Origin: Eledone cirrhosa
Taxonomy: Eukaryota
Length of the DNA stretch: 64,000 nt
Reading direction: 5' to 3'
Assembly: GCA_964016885.1 (NCBI GenBank)
Contig: OZ024743.1
Span: 216,256,001-216,320,000, forward strand
Below are positions 14,159 through 27,607 of the stretch, one piece after another (positions within the stretch are counted from its first letter, which is position 1; the number at the start of each line of letters is the position of its first letter). The notes under the pieces are model-generated. The model saw nothing but the letters and a program-made list of their open reading frames with translations, was not told the origin of the DNA and searched no databases. Both the position numbers and the translations under genes were made by a program.

Positions 14159-14176
14159 ATATATATATATATATAT

Positions 14177-14293
14177 AAGTTGTAATATAATGAAACGAAA
14201 TTTCATTTCTCACTCTTAGTGCGGCACTTACTTAAATGTAAGTATGTATGTATACGTACATACATATATGTATACAGACGTACAGTAGCATGC

Positions 14294-14338
<45 letters not shown>

Positions 14339-15135
14339 CATACAGGTACACATATATATATGTACGTATCAGTTTAGCGAACGTTTATTATAACGCCCGC
14401 TTTGTTCGTTTGTAAACAAGCGAACAGCCTGATTTATGCCATACGGTGTTAAGGCAACCACGTCACCTTTTTGTTCAACACTGGCACAGGAACGATGTAC
14501 TAGTTTTAAGCTTGTTAGCTATCATCAGCACCGTATACCCTTCTGCCAGATAGTTGAACGTTCGAAAGTATATACTTTCCTTATGAAAATTAACGGCTGA
14601 GCAGCCTAATTTGCATATCGAGTGAGTTAAGTTGGCCGGGCGTACCGAAAACGATAAGTTGTAATATAATGAAACGAAATTTCATTTCTCACTCTTAGTA
14701 CGGCACATACTTAAATGTAAGTATGTATGTATACGTACATACATATATGTATAGAGACGTACAGTAGCATGCATATATATATATACACATATATATATAT
14801 GCATATATATATATATACATACAGGTACACACATATATATGTACGTATCTGTTTAGCGAACGTTTATTATAACGCCCGCTTTGTTCGTTTGTAAACAAGC
14901 GAACAGCTTGATTTATGCCATACGGTGTTAAGGCAACCACATCACCTTTTTGTTCAACACTGGCACAGGAAAGATGTACTTGTTTCAAGCTTGTTAGCTA
15001 TCATCAGCACCGTATACCCTTCTGCCAGATAGTTGAACGTTCGAAAGTATATACTTTCCTTATGAAAATTAACGGCTGAGCAGCCTAATTTGCATATCGA
15101 GTGAGTTAAGTCGGCCGTGCGTACCGAAAACGATA
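14177..15135 (-). mobile_element. Family A: tandem dimer of a ~480-bp ORF-less HHR module in (TA)n
   Basis: Two near-identical units (14177-14655, 14656-15135). HHR motifs at 14492-14534 (G12 mutated) and 14973-15012 (CTGATGA-tagc..gctt-GAAA-caag-TA). Confidence 0.85.
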
Positions 15136-15149
15136 ATATATATAGATAT

Positions 15150-15189
<40 letters not shown>

Positions 15190-15609
15190 TACACAATAGA
15201 TAGAATAACAAAGTAATGTGATTGAGATGCGGTAACTTCAGTACACAAGATATTGAATCCATTGAAAACTATTCCTCTGAGCGCTGCATTTGCTTTGAAA
15301 TTTATTGGCAAAATGATAGAAGTTGCTTTATCGAATTTTTTAAAAATGGCACTTACGTTCAAAAAAGGTCGTACCCGAATTTGAGTGCACACTTTAAACG
15401 AGAAGTATTTAACCTTATTTCAATGGAAAAAAATGATTATAAACTGTAAATTCTGAAAGTAATTTAATGGAAAATCACAGCATAATATGCGACAAGACTA
15501 TATGTCATCTGAAGGGTAAGGGTTAATATAATTGATTAACAACACAGTGACAGGGAGAATATGTATATGTGTGCGTGTTCGTGGTTGTGTAATATATATA
15601 TATATATAA

Positions 15610-16573
15610 ATATGTCGTCGGCAAATTCAGCATCTGATGCCTTTTTCGCCTTAACTGTCCTGCTCTGAGCCGGTGCAACACTAAATCCAGAGTCCCGGTG
15701 TTTCTCCAGTGCAAGGCATATACAATAGTCTACTTCGATGATAAAAAGGTTGGGAGCCAATGTATCTCCCTGGAGCACTCCAGCCAGTATCTCAAAGAAC
15801 TTTGTCATCCCATCAGGTGTAATGACTTGGGATTTGATGTTGGATGACATAGTTTTGGTGATAAATACAGTGAAGGAGTCTAAGGATTTGATGCGGGAGG
15901 TTGAGACTGTGCCGATAAGTGTGGGGCTGAGAATGAATGAGACTAAAACAAAATATCTGGTAGAGAATGTTGAGAAGCCAGAGGGGATCACTAATGTAGG
16001 CGGGAATCCGCTAGAATTGGTTGAGGGCTTCCTGTATTTGGGAGCAAAGATTGGGAATAAGGAAGATGATGTGGATGAGAGTAAGTGCAAGGCCTGGGCA
16101 GCGTGCCACAGCTTGAGATCGGTGTGGAAGTCGGACCTTCGTAGAGACATGAAGGTCCGCCTCTTCATTGCTGTAGTGGAGTCTGTGCTGCTGTACGGGT
16201 CTGAGAAATAGAAACTGACATTGAAACTCACTCAGATGGTGGATGGGTGCTACATGAGAATGCTGAGGATGGCTCTGAACATTAATCAGTATACACTGAG
16301 GATGAAAACCTCAGAGCTGTATGGGAGCCTCATAAAAGTCAGCTCAAATGTGACACAGAGGATACTGAGGTTAGCTAGACAGGGTTAACATTGCACTCAG
16401 TGCTCCTGTGGGAGCCCCTACATGGACACACTGGAAGAGGAAGACCAAGTTTAACGTATGTTGATGCCCTAAGGACAGACACTGGTCTGTTGGAGACGCA
16501 GGACATGGCAGCGATAATGAGGGTCAGAGACCGCTGGCGAGAACTCGTCCATGGATCTCAGGAATTTTACCCG

Positions 16574-16577
<4 letters not shown>
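15610..16577 (+). mobile_element. 5'-truncated RTE LINE with inverted 5' segment
   Basis: Minus 15610-15840 encodes GVLQGDTLAPNLFII...EFADDI; plus strand from ~15842 continues DDIVL...GLRMNETKTK...FLYLG...VLLYGSE...GRGRPSLTYVD...RDRWRELV; (TA)n flanks. Confidence 0.9.
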
Positions 16578-16632
<55 letters not shown>

Positions 16633-16634
<2 letters not shown>

Positions 16635-17177
16635 CCAGGTCTAGAAAATAGAGAAAAAGTTTTCATTCTAAAAAATTCGCTGTACTTACTATATGTGCCT
16701 TTACTGCGTTTTCAAGTCTCAAAATAAACGTATAATCCAATCGGAAATCCTTGAGAAGGGGACTCTCTTCAGAAGGCTCTTCTCGATCGGAGAATATAAA
16801 GTTCCCGAGTTTAAATCACAAACTGATGCCATACAAAACTGTTCAAAACTGACAATTTTGTCTAGTGCCGTGTGCAAAAACAGAAGGCAGGGTGGACAGG
16901 TCAATGTCCTGCCACTAGAAATCGCACCAATTCAAACGACCAAGTCTTATCGCAAATATAGGGGAGATTAATAATAATAAGGTATGTGTTCCTACGTGTA
17001 AAAAATACATATAGCAATACAAGTATTATCCAATCGTATGCCAATGTGGTTCTATGGCGGGTTAATAAATTAACAAGCCAGAACATAGAAAATCCAGGTC
17101 TAGCAAATAGACAAACGTTTTTAAATAAATTTTAAAAAATTCGCTGTACTTACTATATGTGCCTTTACCGCGGTTTT
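16633..17177 (-). mobile_element. Family C: ~460-bp HHR module with ~85-bp terminal direct repeat, in (TA)n
   Basis: aatccaggtctag...gcctttac occurs at 16633 and ~17091; HHR motif at 16697-16777; second copy at 50735-51240. Confidence 0.8.
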
Positions 17178-17178
17178 A

Positions 17179-17257
<79 letters not shown>

Positions 17258-17269
17258 ATATATATATAT

Positions 17270-18752
17270 TTAATACAATAACAGAGATAGCTTAAAGCTA
17301 AACTCCGACTGGTAACCATCTCACTCAACAAACATTAGGTTATATGTTAGTATAAACCCAATTTAAGTGTTTGGGGTGCTAACTATATGTATTTTGTGGA
17401 AAGCCAGATGTTTTATTTTATGAGATATAATTAAATTTAAAGTATATCTCTCTTTCCAAACAATTGTTTCATTATAAGTTTTCTACAAATTTGGAGAATG
17501 TTTCCAGTTTATGTAGAAGCCTAACATATATTCATGTAAGAATATATTTAGGTGGGCACTTATAAATCTTCAGTGGAAGCCCATTAAACTTTGATATAAG
17601 AACAAATTCTTACCGCAGTTAAAAATTGTGTCTGCTAAGCTGCTCCTTCACGCATCGAATGACCGCCAAATTTGAAATTCCAGCAGTCTTTTGACTGAGG
17701 AAATATCATAGCGTCACTAAGCGGGAAAGGGTGACAACCACGATTCACGAGAAAAGAAAATAATAAACACGTGGGTTAATTAGTTTTTTCAAAAACATTA
17801 TCAATCGAACGTGTTAAGAACTCAATTGAAATTTAAAAAAATAAATGTATGCGTGTATTAATTACACAGGCATATAGATATTTTCTTAGGCTAAAAACAG
17901 AAGTGATACCAAAATAACGTGCCGCATCTCACAACCGCAGTGAATACGGAAAGCTACGCTTTAAAAGGCGATTGGGAATGTAAATCTCTGGCCAAATTAA
18001 GAGTAACATATTTAATACACACGGGTTAATTAGTTATTTAAAAACCAATATCAATTCCACGTGTTAAGAACTCAATTAAATTAACAAAATAAATGTATGC
18101 ATGTAATTATATACACATGCATATATATATTTTCTTAGGCTAAAGACAGAGAAGTGACAACCAAAAAACCTCCATATCCCACAACAGTAATAATTACGGA
18201 AAGTCATGTTTATAAGGTACCCGGAAATAAATACCTCTGGCCAAATCTAGATTAAAATATTTAATACAATAGCAGAGATAGCTTAAAGCTAAACTCCGAC
18301 TGGTAACTATCTCACTCAACAAACATTAGGTTATATGTTAGTATAAACCCAATTTAAGTGTTTGGGGTGCTAACTATATGTATTTTGTGGAATGCCAGTT
18401 GTATTATTTTATGAGATATAATTAAAGTTAAAGTATATCTCTCTTTCCAAACAATTGTTTCATTATAAGTTTTCTACAAATTGGGAGAATGTTTCCAGTT
18501 TATGTAGAAGCCTAACATATATTCATGTAAGAATATATTTAGGTGGGCACTTATAAATCTTCAGTGGAAGCCCATTAAACGTTGATATGAGAAAAAATTC
18601 TTACCGCAGTTAAAAATCGTGTCTGCGAAGCTGCTCATTCACGCATCGAATGACCGCCAAATTTGAAATTCCAGCAGTCTTTTGACTGAGGAAGTATCAT
18701 AGCGTCACTAAGCGGGAAAGGGAGACAACCACGATTCACGAGAAAAGGAAAA
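17270..18752. repeat. 1.5-unit tandem of a ~990-bp module with an internal ~250-bp duplication
   Basis: ttaatacaata.cagagatagcttaaagc at 17270 and 18261; sub-repeats start near 17760 and 18012. Confidence 0.9.
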
Positions 18753-19229
18753 AAAAAGAGAGAGAGAGGAGAGAGAGAGAGAGGGGGAAAGAAATAGCGT
18801 GAGAGAAAGAGAGTAAGTTGATAGAATGAGAGAGTAGATGGCAGAAGCTGATTCATGTTACAATATATGAAAATATTAAAATAAATATATATGTATGGGT
18901 AAATGCTAATATCTGCTTGAAAACGGAGAAAGAACGGCAATATATTCTCGGAAGAGATTATATATGTACCTCCTGTTGGACAACCGTCGTTTACGATGAA
19001 GAGTGATCATGATGACTCAAACAATGGACGTGTACGTTGAGGAAATTAACGTGAAACGTTTTGAGAATCCCTCAGGTTCGCTTCCCCTTAATGTAGTTCC
19101 AGGATGATTCAGTGTGACGGACTTTAAAATAATGACTCATCGCATTGTTTCCATCTGAGTGGCATGGATCAATGGGTAATAAATCATTTGCTCAAGAAAA
19201 CAACACACCAGCTTTTTTGTTCAGATGCT

Positions 19230-19690
19230 TACTTCTCTTGAGAAGGAGATGTTGCATTATTTCAGATTGTCCTTGAGTATGTCGTTGAAGCGCCGGAGTA
19301 GGCACACAACTAGCCTGCCTGTCGAAAACTGATTAGGAAGTAAACTATCGCTCATACGAGGTGCCCTCTCAGCTGAGCTGAACTTTCACGAAGATAGCAT
19401 CCGTCCTGGATATGTTACATTCAGTCAGAATCTCAGTTTCCAATGTGATCGGTTAATTTTCTGTTGTAGATGGTAGACAAGCATCACATAAGATATACAA
19501 CAAGCTGATTGATGGGATTTCGGTACACAGTCCATAAATCAGAACCACAGAGTAATGATGTCAACACTAACGACCTGTACACATAAATGTTCTCCTTTAA
19601 TGAGAGATCGTGTGTGTTCCAAAGCCTGTGAAAATGAGTATCTTTCTGGAACACCTAACTTCTTAAGTACAAGCCACTGGACTTCCTTGG
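19230..19690 (-). mobile_element. Highly decayed RTE (BovB-like) remnant
   Basis: WLVLKKLGVPERY; LLCGSDLWTVY (LLYGxETW motif); RMSDSLLPNQ. Confidence 0.55.
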
Positions 19691-20494
19691 AAAAATAAAA
19701 ATATATGTGTGTGGAACGTAGAGGTCGTATATAATTTGGTCGATGATATAAATGATTCGGAAAAATATTAGTGAGAGCGATATAATACGCTTAATCCCAT
19801 AGTCCAATGATTGAAACAATTAACAAGATAAATGATAATACATAAAATACATGCATGACGGCTATGTGCGGATGAAACTCCATGTACATTTCATGTATGT
19901 ATGTTTTCAATTGCGTACTTATATAGGTATACTAATTATGCTTTCGAAATTGATATGTGGTTTCACAACTACATTTGACTATATATTTATTTATTATGAT
20001 TCTGCAGAATATTAGATCAATCATAGTGATATTTGCTTATAGATATGAACTTTAAAATTATAATTGAAAACATTGATATTTCTCTTCTATCTGTCGAAAT
20101 TAATATCCTGATGACAAAGTGAAATAAATCATGAGATTATAATCAATTCAAGTATCGTTTCAATAAACAAGCAAATTTATCATCACTACATACGTTGGTC
20201 AGTTGAAAATTCCATATACTGAATATGAAGGAGTGATGCTAGAACTGTGAAATCTTGTTCCATTAACTTTAACTCTTATTGCATTGTTTATTTCTACGGA
20301 GTATGTTGAAAAATAGCTTCATTCGACCATTCCAAGAGAGTATCTTGGTCAGCCTATTAACTTTTCAGTCGACCCTCCTATGTTACTTTATATCAGATTA
20401 TTATCATTACAGCACCCACTCAAAACTTTCATCGATATACATTCATATCTTTAGATTCCTTTATAATATTTACTAGGTATCCGATGAGCAATAT

Positions 20495-20773
20495 TGAGAG
20501 ATAGTTCCCTAGAGTGACAGGCAGAGAGAGAGAGAGAGAGAAAAAAAGAGACATAATTAGAGTGACTGAGAGAGAGGTTACTAGAGAGATGGAGAGAGAG
20601 AGGGAGAGATAGGGGGAAATACATCATTAGAGAGACTGAGAGAGAGGTCTCTAGAGAGATCACTAGAGGGATGGTGAGAGAGAGAGAGGGGGAGAGAGAA
20701 CCAGAGAGAGAGACAAACAGACAGACAGAGAGAGGTCACTAGAGTGACAGAGAGACAGGTAACTAGAGTGAGA

Positions 20774-20817
<44 letters not shown>

Positions 20818-21010
20818 TATAGGCAGAGGTCATTAGAGCAATAGGGAAAGAGGAGTCACTAGAGAGGGGGGTTACTACATCAATGGAGAGATAGGTCGCT
20901 AGATCAAAGGAGAGAGGTCACTGGAGCGACAGAAGGATTGGTCTCTATAGAGACAGACTTATAGATCACTAGAGCGACAGAGTGAGAGATCTCTAGAACG
21001 ACAGAGAAAC
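20495..21010. repeat. Degenerate minisatellite built on ggtcactagag + (GA)n
   Basis: About a dozen recurrences of (g)gtcactagag-like words. Confidence 0.8.
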
Positions 21011-22088
21011 CGTTGTGTGCTCGGTGTTGTAAAATATCACCATCATAACTTCCACCCTATGATAGACTTAGAATTAAGCTGTAGCAATAGAGTTCTTGTA
21101 ATGCAGAGTCAAATTGTTCAATCATGTTTGAACATTTCTGGTATTTTTGTTGGATTAAAGATAGTAAGAACGAAATCCGGTACTGCATTCTTTCTATATA
21201 TACATACTAATCTTTACTTTTTATGTAATACTTAAAAACTACACGTCATAATTCAAATTGGAAAATATCGTATCATCCGGATGAGACAAAATGGTTAAAA
21301 TCGGCTCGATTTTATTTCATCGTATCAAGTTGATTTTAAATAGTTTACATAAAGCTGCAGATGTTTCTGGATCTCTTTATTATCCTCTTCATGTTGAGAT
21401 AAATTTTCCACTTGTTGCTTATGCTACTTTTTCATGTAACTTTAAATAGAATTCTATCTTTAAATTGCACTGCACTTTATGCTCACTACTAAGCTCTGCG
21501 AAAATAATGTGAACGGAAGTGTGTAATTGTATTGAGCTCAATATTTATAGCTGCACATAAAAGTACGAAAAATGCGTGTCTATTATTTTATTTCTATGGG
21601 TTTAAGCACGAGATCTCAGTGATACATATTGAAATTCAATGGTCTACATTGAGAATCCATGCAGCTATTAAAAGAAAACAGTGTTCAAAGTTTCATTGTT
21701 ACGATTGTCTGGCTCCGTGCAGATCACTTTCTATCAATACTTGTTCTTTCACTACCGTTTCGACGTTTTGCAACAATAATAATTCCTGATATAGGAAACA
21801 GAACATTAAAAAAAGTGTCAGGATAGACAAATGTTTCGCTAAGTTAAGGTATGTCACTAAGTAAAATGTCTATGATGATGTGAACTTAATATTACACAGC
21901 TTTTCCTGCGTCACGATCTACAATATCCAGAAAATAAATAAAATATATAATATAGATTTACCCACCATATATGAGGTACATTTGAAATATGTTTTTCTTT
22001 ATCATTTACAGTAGGAAATAAATATATAAATATCGAAAAAACAAAAAATGAATTCACTAGTTTTATAATATTAAATATATACTGTGAA

Positions 22089-22129
<41 letters not shown>

Positions 22130-22130
<1 letters not shown>

Positions 22131-22532
22131 TTTCTAAAGAGATACGGCATGTATATAAATAAACATTTAGAAACAAATAGTTATGAATAACACAGTCCCA
22201 GCTAACGCTACCAGGCGGTGCCTGGCAAAAGCAGGCGGGGGGGGGGGGGGTCAGAATTGTTGAGCCATCTGATACAGCTTCATATGCAATTAAGATTGAT
22301 CATCTCATTTACACAGACCAACAAACTATATATTTTCGCCTGTTTTCAAAATCCGACAATTGCCAGAGCGGAGAGATCGTCCTGACGAGAACCAGTTGAG
22401 TTCGAAATGCATTGACGATTGTGCCCCTTGCTTCTGCCGGGCACCGCGTGGTGGCGTTACCTGCCAGTGTGTTATTCATAGATATGGCTTTCTAAATCTT
22501 TATTTATAAAAATACCGTATTTATTTAGAAAT
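22130..22532 (+). mobile_element. ~400-bp element with ~105-bp imperfect terminal inverted repeats enclosing a hammerhead
   Basis: 22130-22235 is the gap-free reverse complement of ~22425-22532; the element starts next to (TA)n. Confidence 0.8.
22376..22419 (+). ncRNA. Type I hammerhead ribozyme, intact core
   Basis: atcgtc-CTGACGA-gaac/cagttga/gttc-GAAA-tgca-TT-gacgat; 6-bp stem I, 4-bp stem II, palindromic stem III, AUU site. Confidence 0.85.
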
Positions 22533-23184
22533 ACGAAATTCAAATACATATTTGTATACTGTTATATTCGAACCTAAATTCTAATTATATCACTCACACA
22601 CACAGACACACTCATATATATATAGATATATATATATGTGTGTGGTGTGTGTGTTTATGTATGTATATGTGTACATATTATGAAAAGTTAAATTCCCGTA
22701 TTTACTCGTAGATTGAATAAAATAATGAATTTAATATTTTGTATGTTTTAAAGGAAGTGATAGAAGGTGGCCGTGGTCTGAGAGTAAAGAGAAAACAAAT
22801 GAGAAATTGGAAATATATATTCAAAAATACCATTGCTGGCAATAAACGAACTATGAAATTAAAATGACATTTTAAACAATCTTTAAACAAACAACATTTA
22901 CATTAGTGTGTATATGTGTTTGAATGTATTAATGCAATTATGTTTGTGTAATCGTTACACATACGTACTGTACTCTCCCTCTCTCTATATTTATTCTCTC
23001 TTTATCTCACTTAGTCTATCACACTATCAGTAATTATACGCCGTTATGTGTATTCCGAATTCAAACCTTATGTTATCTCTATTATTTTAAACTCACACTA
23101 TCCATTTGGGATGCAAAACATGACAAAGGAAGCCGAGCCCGGCAAGCATCCAGATACCTTGAGTATCATATATTAAAGATAAGG

Positions 23185-23572
23185 GTGGTGGATGTGCAGT
23201 ACCGGTAGAGTGTCGGACAGCATGCCTTACTGCATACAGTTGCGTCCCTTTACGTATCCGGCCGAGGTTAGCTTTGACTTTTATCATTACTTGGTTTAAA
23301 TAAAGGACCATTAAGTTACTGGCGCCGATTTAATTGACATTTCCCTTCTCCACAAATTGTTTACCTTGTCCATCAATCAGAAGGCATTGGATTGGCAGTA
23401 TCGGTAGAGGGTCGGACGCCATGCTTTGCAGCAACGAGTTACGGTCATTTATGATCTTAGTTCAAATCCCGCTGGGGTTAACTTTGCGTTTCATCCTTAC
23501 GGTGTCGATAAAATAAAGTACCAGCAATAAACTGGGTAATTGCTGGCATTGTGCCAAAAGTAGAAACAATTA
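23185..23572 (+). mobile_element. Two adjacent OK-type SINE copies
   Basis: gggtggtggatgtgcagtacc... and ttggcagtatcgg...agttcaaatccc...agaaacaattat. Confidence 0.8.
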
Positions 23573-25967
23573 TATATGAGAGATATATTAATAGCAAAGT
23601 CTCGTTTATCGCAAGTGAGTTTTGTCAGCGACAATTTGTCTCAGACAGTTGTAGTGAATGACGCCCAAAATTCCTCTAAGGTGCCTAAATTCTCCGCACA
23701 CCACTGTGACTGGTTACGCCCTTTTTCGTGGTTTACTTGATTACTTTTAAAACAATAACCGAGGTATAGAGCCCATTGCTGTCAGCAATAATTAAGGTGA
23801 CCCAGAGCCAAAATATCCAGCAAGTCTTTTGTCGTGGAACATAACGAGGAAATTTACTTGTTTATCTCATAATGGGGTTATTTGACATGAATTCCCAATG
23901 TTAACGCGTCCGGACCAGAGGTGAAAATGATTAAAGGTAAAAGTGAATACGATGAACATGCCCATATCAGTTGTTCTGTTCTAATTGAGGTAAGACTGAT
24001 TCCAAAGAACGACCCTGACATTCATGGTCCTCTTATTCTCTTCAAACCCATACGAGAGAACTTGGAGCCGAAAAGAGCCGAATCAGGCTACCCCCTGAAG
24101 AACGATTTCGCTTTCCCCAAACATTTCTGTTCGCTGTGCAGTGAAACATTTCGATATTACACGGGACAACACTTGAGGCTTACACCGGCCGATGGCGAAT
24201 ATCAACGAAAGTGGGAGGAAATTAAATCCAATGGAAGCTACACTTGGATAGTGTCTTAACCAGACCAACACCTTCTCAACTGTGTCCTGTCTGTTTTGCA
24301 GTCACCCGGTAGTGTGTGGCTCAATTAGTTGCTCTCTTTATCAATCGGTACATAATTTCCTGGGGTTGAGCTACACATGTGCTATAGAGGACTTACGGGT
24401 GATATATATTTTTGCCAACTCCACTCTCTTTTTTTTCTCAGCGCAGCTCTCTTCTATCGGCACGCCAATTTAAACGATGTCATTCGATGGAGCCTTGACG
24501 TGACCAGTTCACGTCAAAATTGGATCACATCGGCTTCCACTGCAGTAATAATACGGTCACAGACGGGAAAAAACCTTTTTTTTTTTCTTTTGTTCACTGA
24601 TGATAAAATATATGAGCATGTACAGGTGTGACACGTTATCCGCTGCCAACCCCATAGCCTGAAACAAAGTTAATAAGATGAGCAGAAGATCAATAAATAG
24701 CGATTAAAGAGACTGTTTCATTTTGGGGTCTGTTGCCATCCATCATGCGTCCTATGGCAGTAGAGTTCCGTTATCCTCCGTAAAATTGAAAGGATTCATT
24801 GCGCGTGAAGAGAGAGCACCGTAATTTGAATAAGTCTAGTAAATTATCTTTATGGCAGTGATTTACACGTCCTGTCGGTGGGCACAGCTTATATATAACC
24901 CCCCCCCCCAGCTAAAGGTGTAGGTTTTGCTTATTTTATTCCCTTTCTCTTTATATCTAATATCCCCCCTTCATCGTTGTTTTTCCTTTTCCAACCTTCA
25001 CTTTAAAACAAATATTCTCGCAATACATTCATTAGTGCATACTTCTGTCGGCTAATATATTCATATGAGTTATCCAGAGAATTTGAATTACCCTATCAAT
25101 AATTTTATCAAGATTTATGTCCCTCGCAAAATAAATAAGAAACCTCAATAGTTCACCCATATATAAAATATATGTCCAAAAGTTAGAAAACAAATGTGAT
25201 CTGCTTGACATAGCAGCTAAATATTAAACAAATACATTTTTTAATTGAATGAAACTTTGCATAAATGAAAACAACAGAGTCACAGCTGGAACACTGATCA
25301 TATATTTCCTGAGTCATTGTTTACCTGAGATAAATAAGAATATATATATGTAATGTCTAACATGTAATTAAACAAAATGAAATAAAGATTCCGAACGTAA
25401 ACAATGATATATTATCTTATGTAAAGTTTGAATTTATTACAATATAAAACTATCATTATGAAATTCAGAAAATGAAGAAAATTCGTGTGCCGCCAAGAGA
25501 GAAAATAGTTTATAATATTTCCGGCAATTTTATTCATCAGAATTACATTACGTTTTATTTGCCGATCGAGAATATCATTAATTTTGTTCGTATGTTATAT
25601 TCATTTTTCCCCTTTAATCATTGTAAACTATATATTTGATGTTATCTTACACCTCGCTGGTTTAAGTACTTCGGTTATTGTGATAAAACTGTAGATGAAC
25701 TAAGGATGTAAATATGCGACGTAGTTAATCTTAAATTCTGTGTAAGGAAATTATAATCTCTAACACAAATAGAGTAAATGTAAATAGATACAATAAATGT
25801 TTAGCGTTATGTTTCAACATAATGAGAATGCAAGTTAATTGGAAGATATATCAACCGTGAAACATCAGAAGAAACAACTAAACACTTTCACGATTATCTT
25901 AAACTTTATAATTAGAATCATCGTTGTGCATTATATACCTAATACATAACTACAAAATGAAAACATA

Positions 25968-26185
25968 ATGGTTCTTGTTTTAGACACAAGGCCAACAATT
26001 TGGCGGAGAGGGAACAGTCGATCAAATCGAAACCAGTACCTTACTGGTACTTTATTTTATTGATCACGAGGATGAATGGCAAAGCTAATCTCGGTAGGAT
26101 TTGAACTTAGAAAGTATAAGGACGTAACTGTGTCGCGAAGCACGTTGTCCGACGCGCTATGAATACTGCCAAACCACCGCCCTTT
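25968..26185 (-). mobile_element. OK-type SINE
   Basis: Same consensus as the 8.4-9.2 kb copies. Confidence 0.8.
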
Positions 26186-27607
26186 ATTTTACAATACATA
26201 TCAACAAATGTGTTATATAGTCACCTTTACGTAATATACTGAAAACATTACATTCCTCTTCTTATTGAATGCTGCTGACACCAGCAAATACGTATGGTTA
26301 GTAAACACGACATCTCTGATTTATATGGCTTTTAATAATTTCTGATTTTTTACTTGTATTAATTACCCATTTAGTGTGAAACATATTGGATTTCTAGGGA
26401 GCGCGCTAGTTGTTTCCTATTAAACACACTAAAGTTTAGTAAATTTAAATGATCCGAGCCAATGCATCTCATATATTAAGGCAATTACCAGTGTTCAATT
26501 ACTCAACTGAAGCATACCTTATACGATCTGATTCGTTTAGAATATTAGTTCTCCGAAAGCTTTTATATGTGCTATCCATACTATGATTTTGACGATCTAC
26601 AGTAGGGTCTTTTTTTAGTAACACATAAAGCGTTAAATTTAATGCATTAATTGATAAAATAAACTCATTTTAAACCCTCAGGATGTTCTGAATATGTTCC
26701 ATGTAATTACGGCTTTTGAAAATTATTTATTTAGAAGAAAACAAATCCTTTGAGATATTTTCGGCATTCGTTAATGCGATTTCAGCTTATTTAACTTGAG
26801 AATGCTTAATAATAAACTGCAAATAGGGGCTGTTATTCATATGTCACATAATGTATCGCTTCCAATATTCTTTTGAAATATCACAAATGTTAGTTCACTA
26901 AATATTTGCGTAAATTTTAAACACTTCCATTCTTTTGTTCTTTTTTATTTTTTTGTTAATCTGGCAGAATGGAAAGTATATGGTTAGTACATGGGTGAAA
27001 TTGGAATTTTAGGATTTTCAAACAGGTTTCATTTCTCGCTTGGGAAACACTTTCAATAAACATTTTGTTTATGTTTCAAAATCATTGAATGTTATCAACA
27101 AATCATTTCATATTCAGACGAAAAGAAACTACGACTATCCTATTTGATACTGCTCGTTGCATCACGACATCTATCGTTCGAAATATCTGATGTACACTGC
27201 ATTAAATCCATAGAAAAGGCATGAACTCTAAGAATTAACCTCTTCTGTATAACAGGATCTAGACTAGATCTTAAATTATGTAAATAATTTATTATTCGTA
27301 TGTACACAATCATCATTTTGGGGTTAAGGGATTCATTCTTAACCACATTGATTTGAGATCAATAACAAATAGTGGCATGTAAGGCAAGTTTTGTACCTTC
27401 CGTAGGTTGAAACCACAGGAATATCCACCAGAAACGCGTGAGTGAAAACATTAATCTGTCGAAATATTTGAACATCTATTTGGTTCATTTACGGTATTAT
27501 TACAAATGTTATTGTTGAGGTTTATGTAATATTATGTTGAAATTGTGGAATACTGTATGAAGAGAAACGGGTGGTGCTAATCTAAATAAAAGTACATATA
27601 TAGTTTT

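Noticed and set aside
17470-17585. Minus-strand CTGAAGA...GAAA in the 990-bp tandem
   Set aside because: Stems I and II do not close directly on the core
21017-21235. Possible host exon
   Set aside because: No recognisable protein motif or convincing splice pair
23900-24700. Faint RT-like words on the minus strand (LAADN, VNWS, VLSYG) and plus ORF 23921-24259
   Set aside because: Possibly a very old LINE, but too degraded to support a call
27120-27430. Coding-looking non-repetitive stretch
   Set aside because: No long ORF and no recognisable motif
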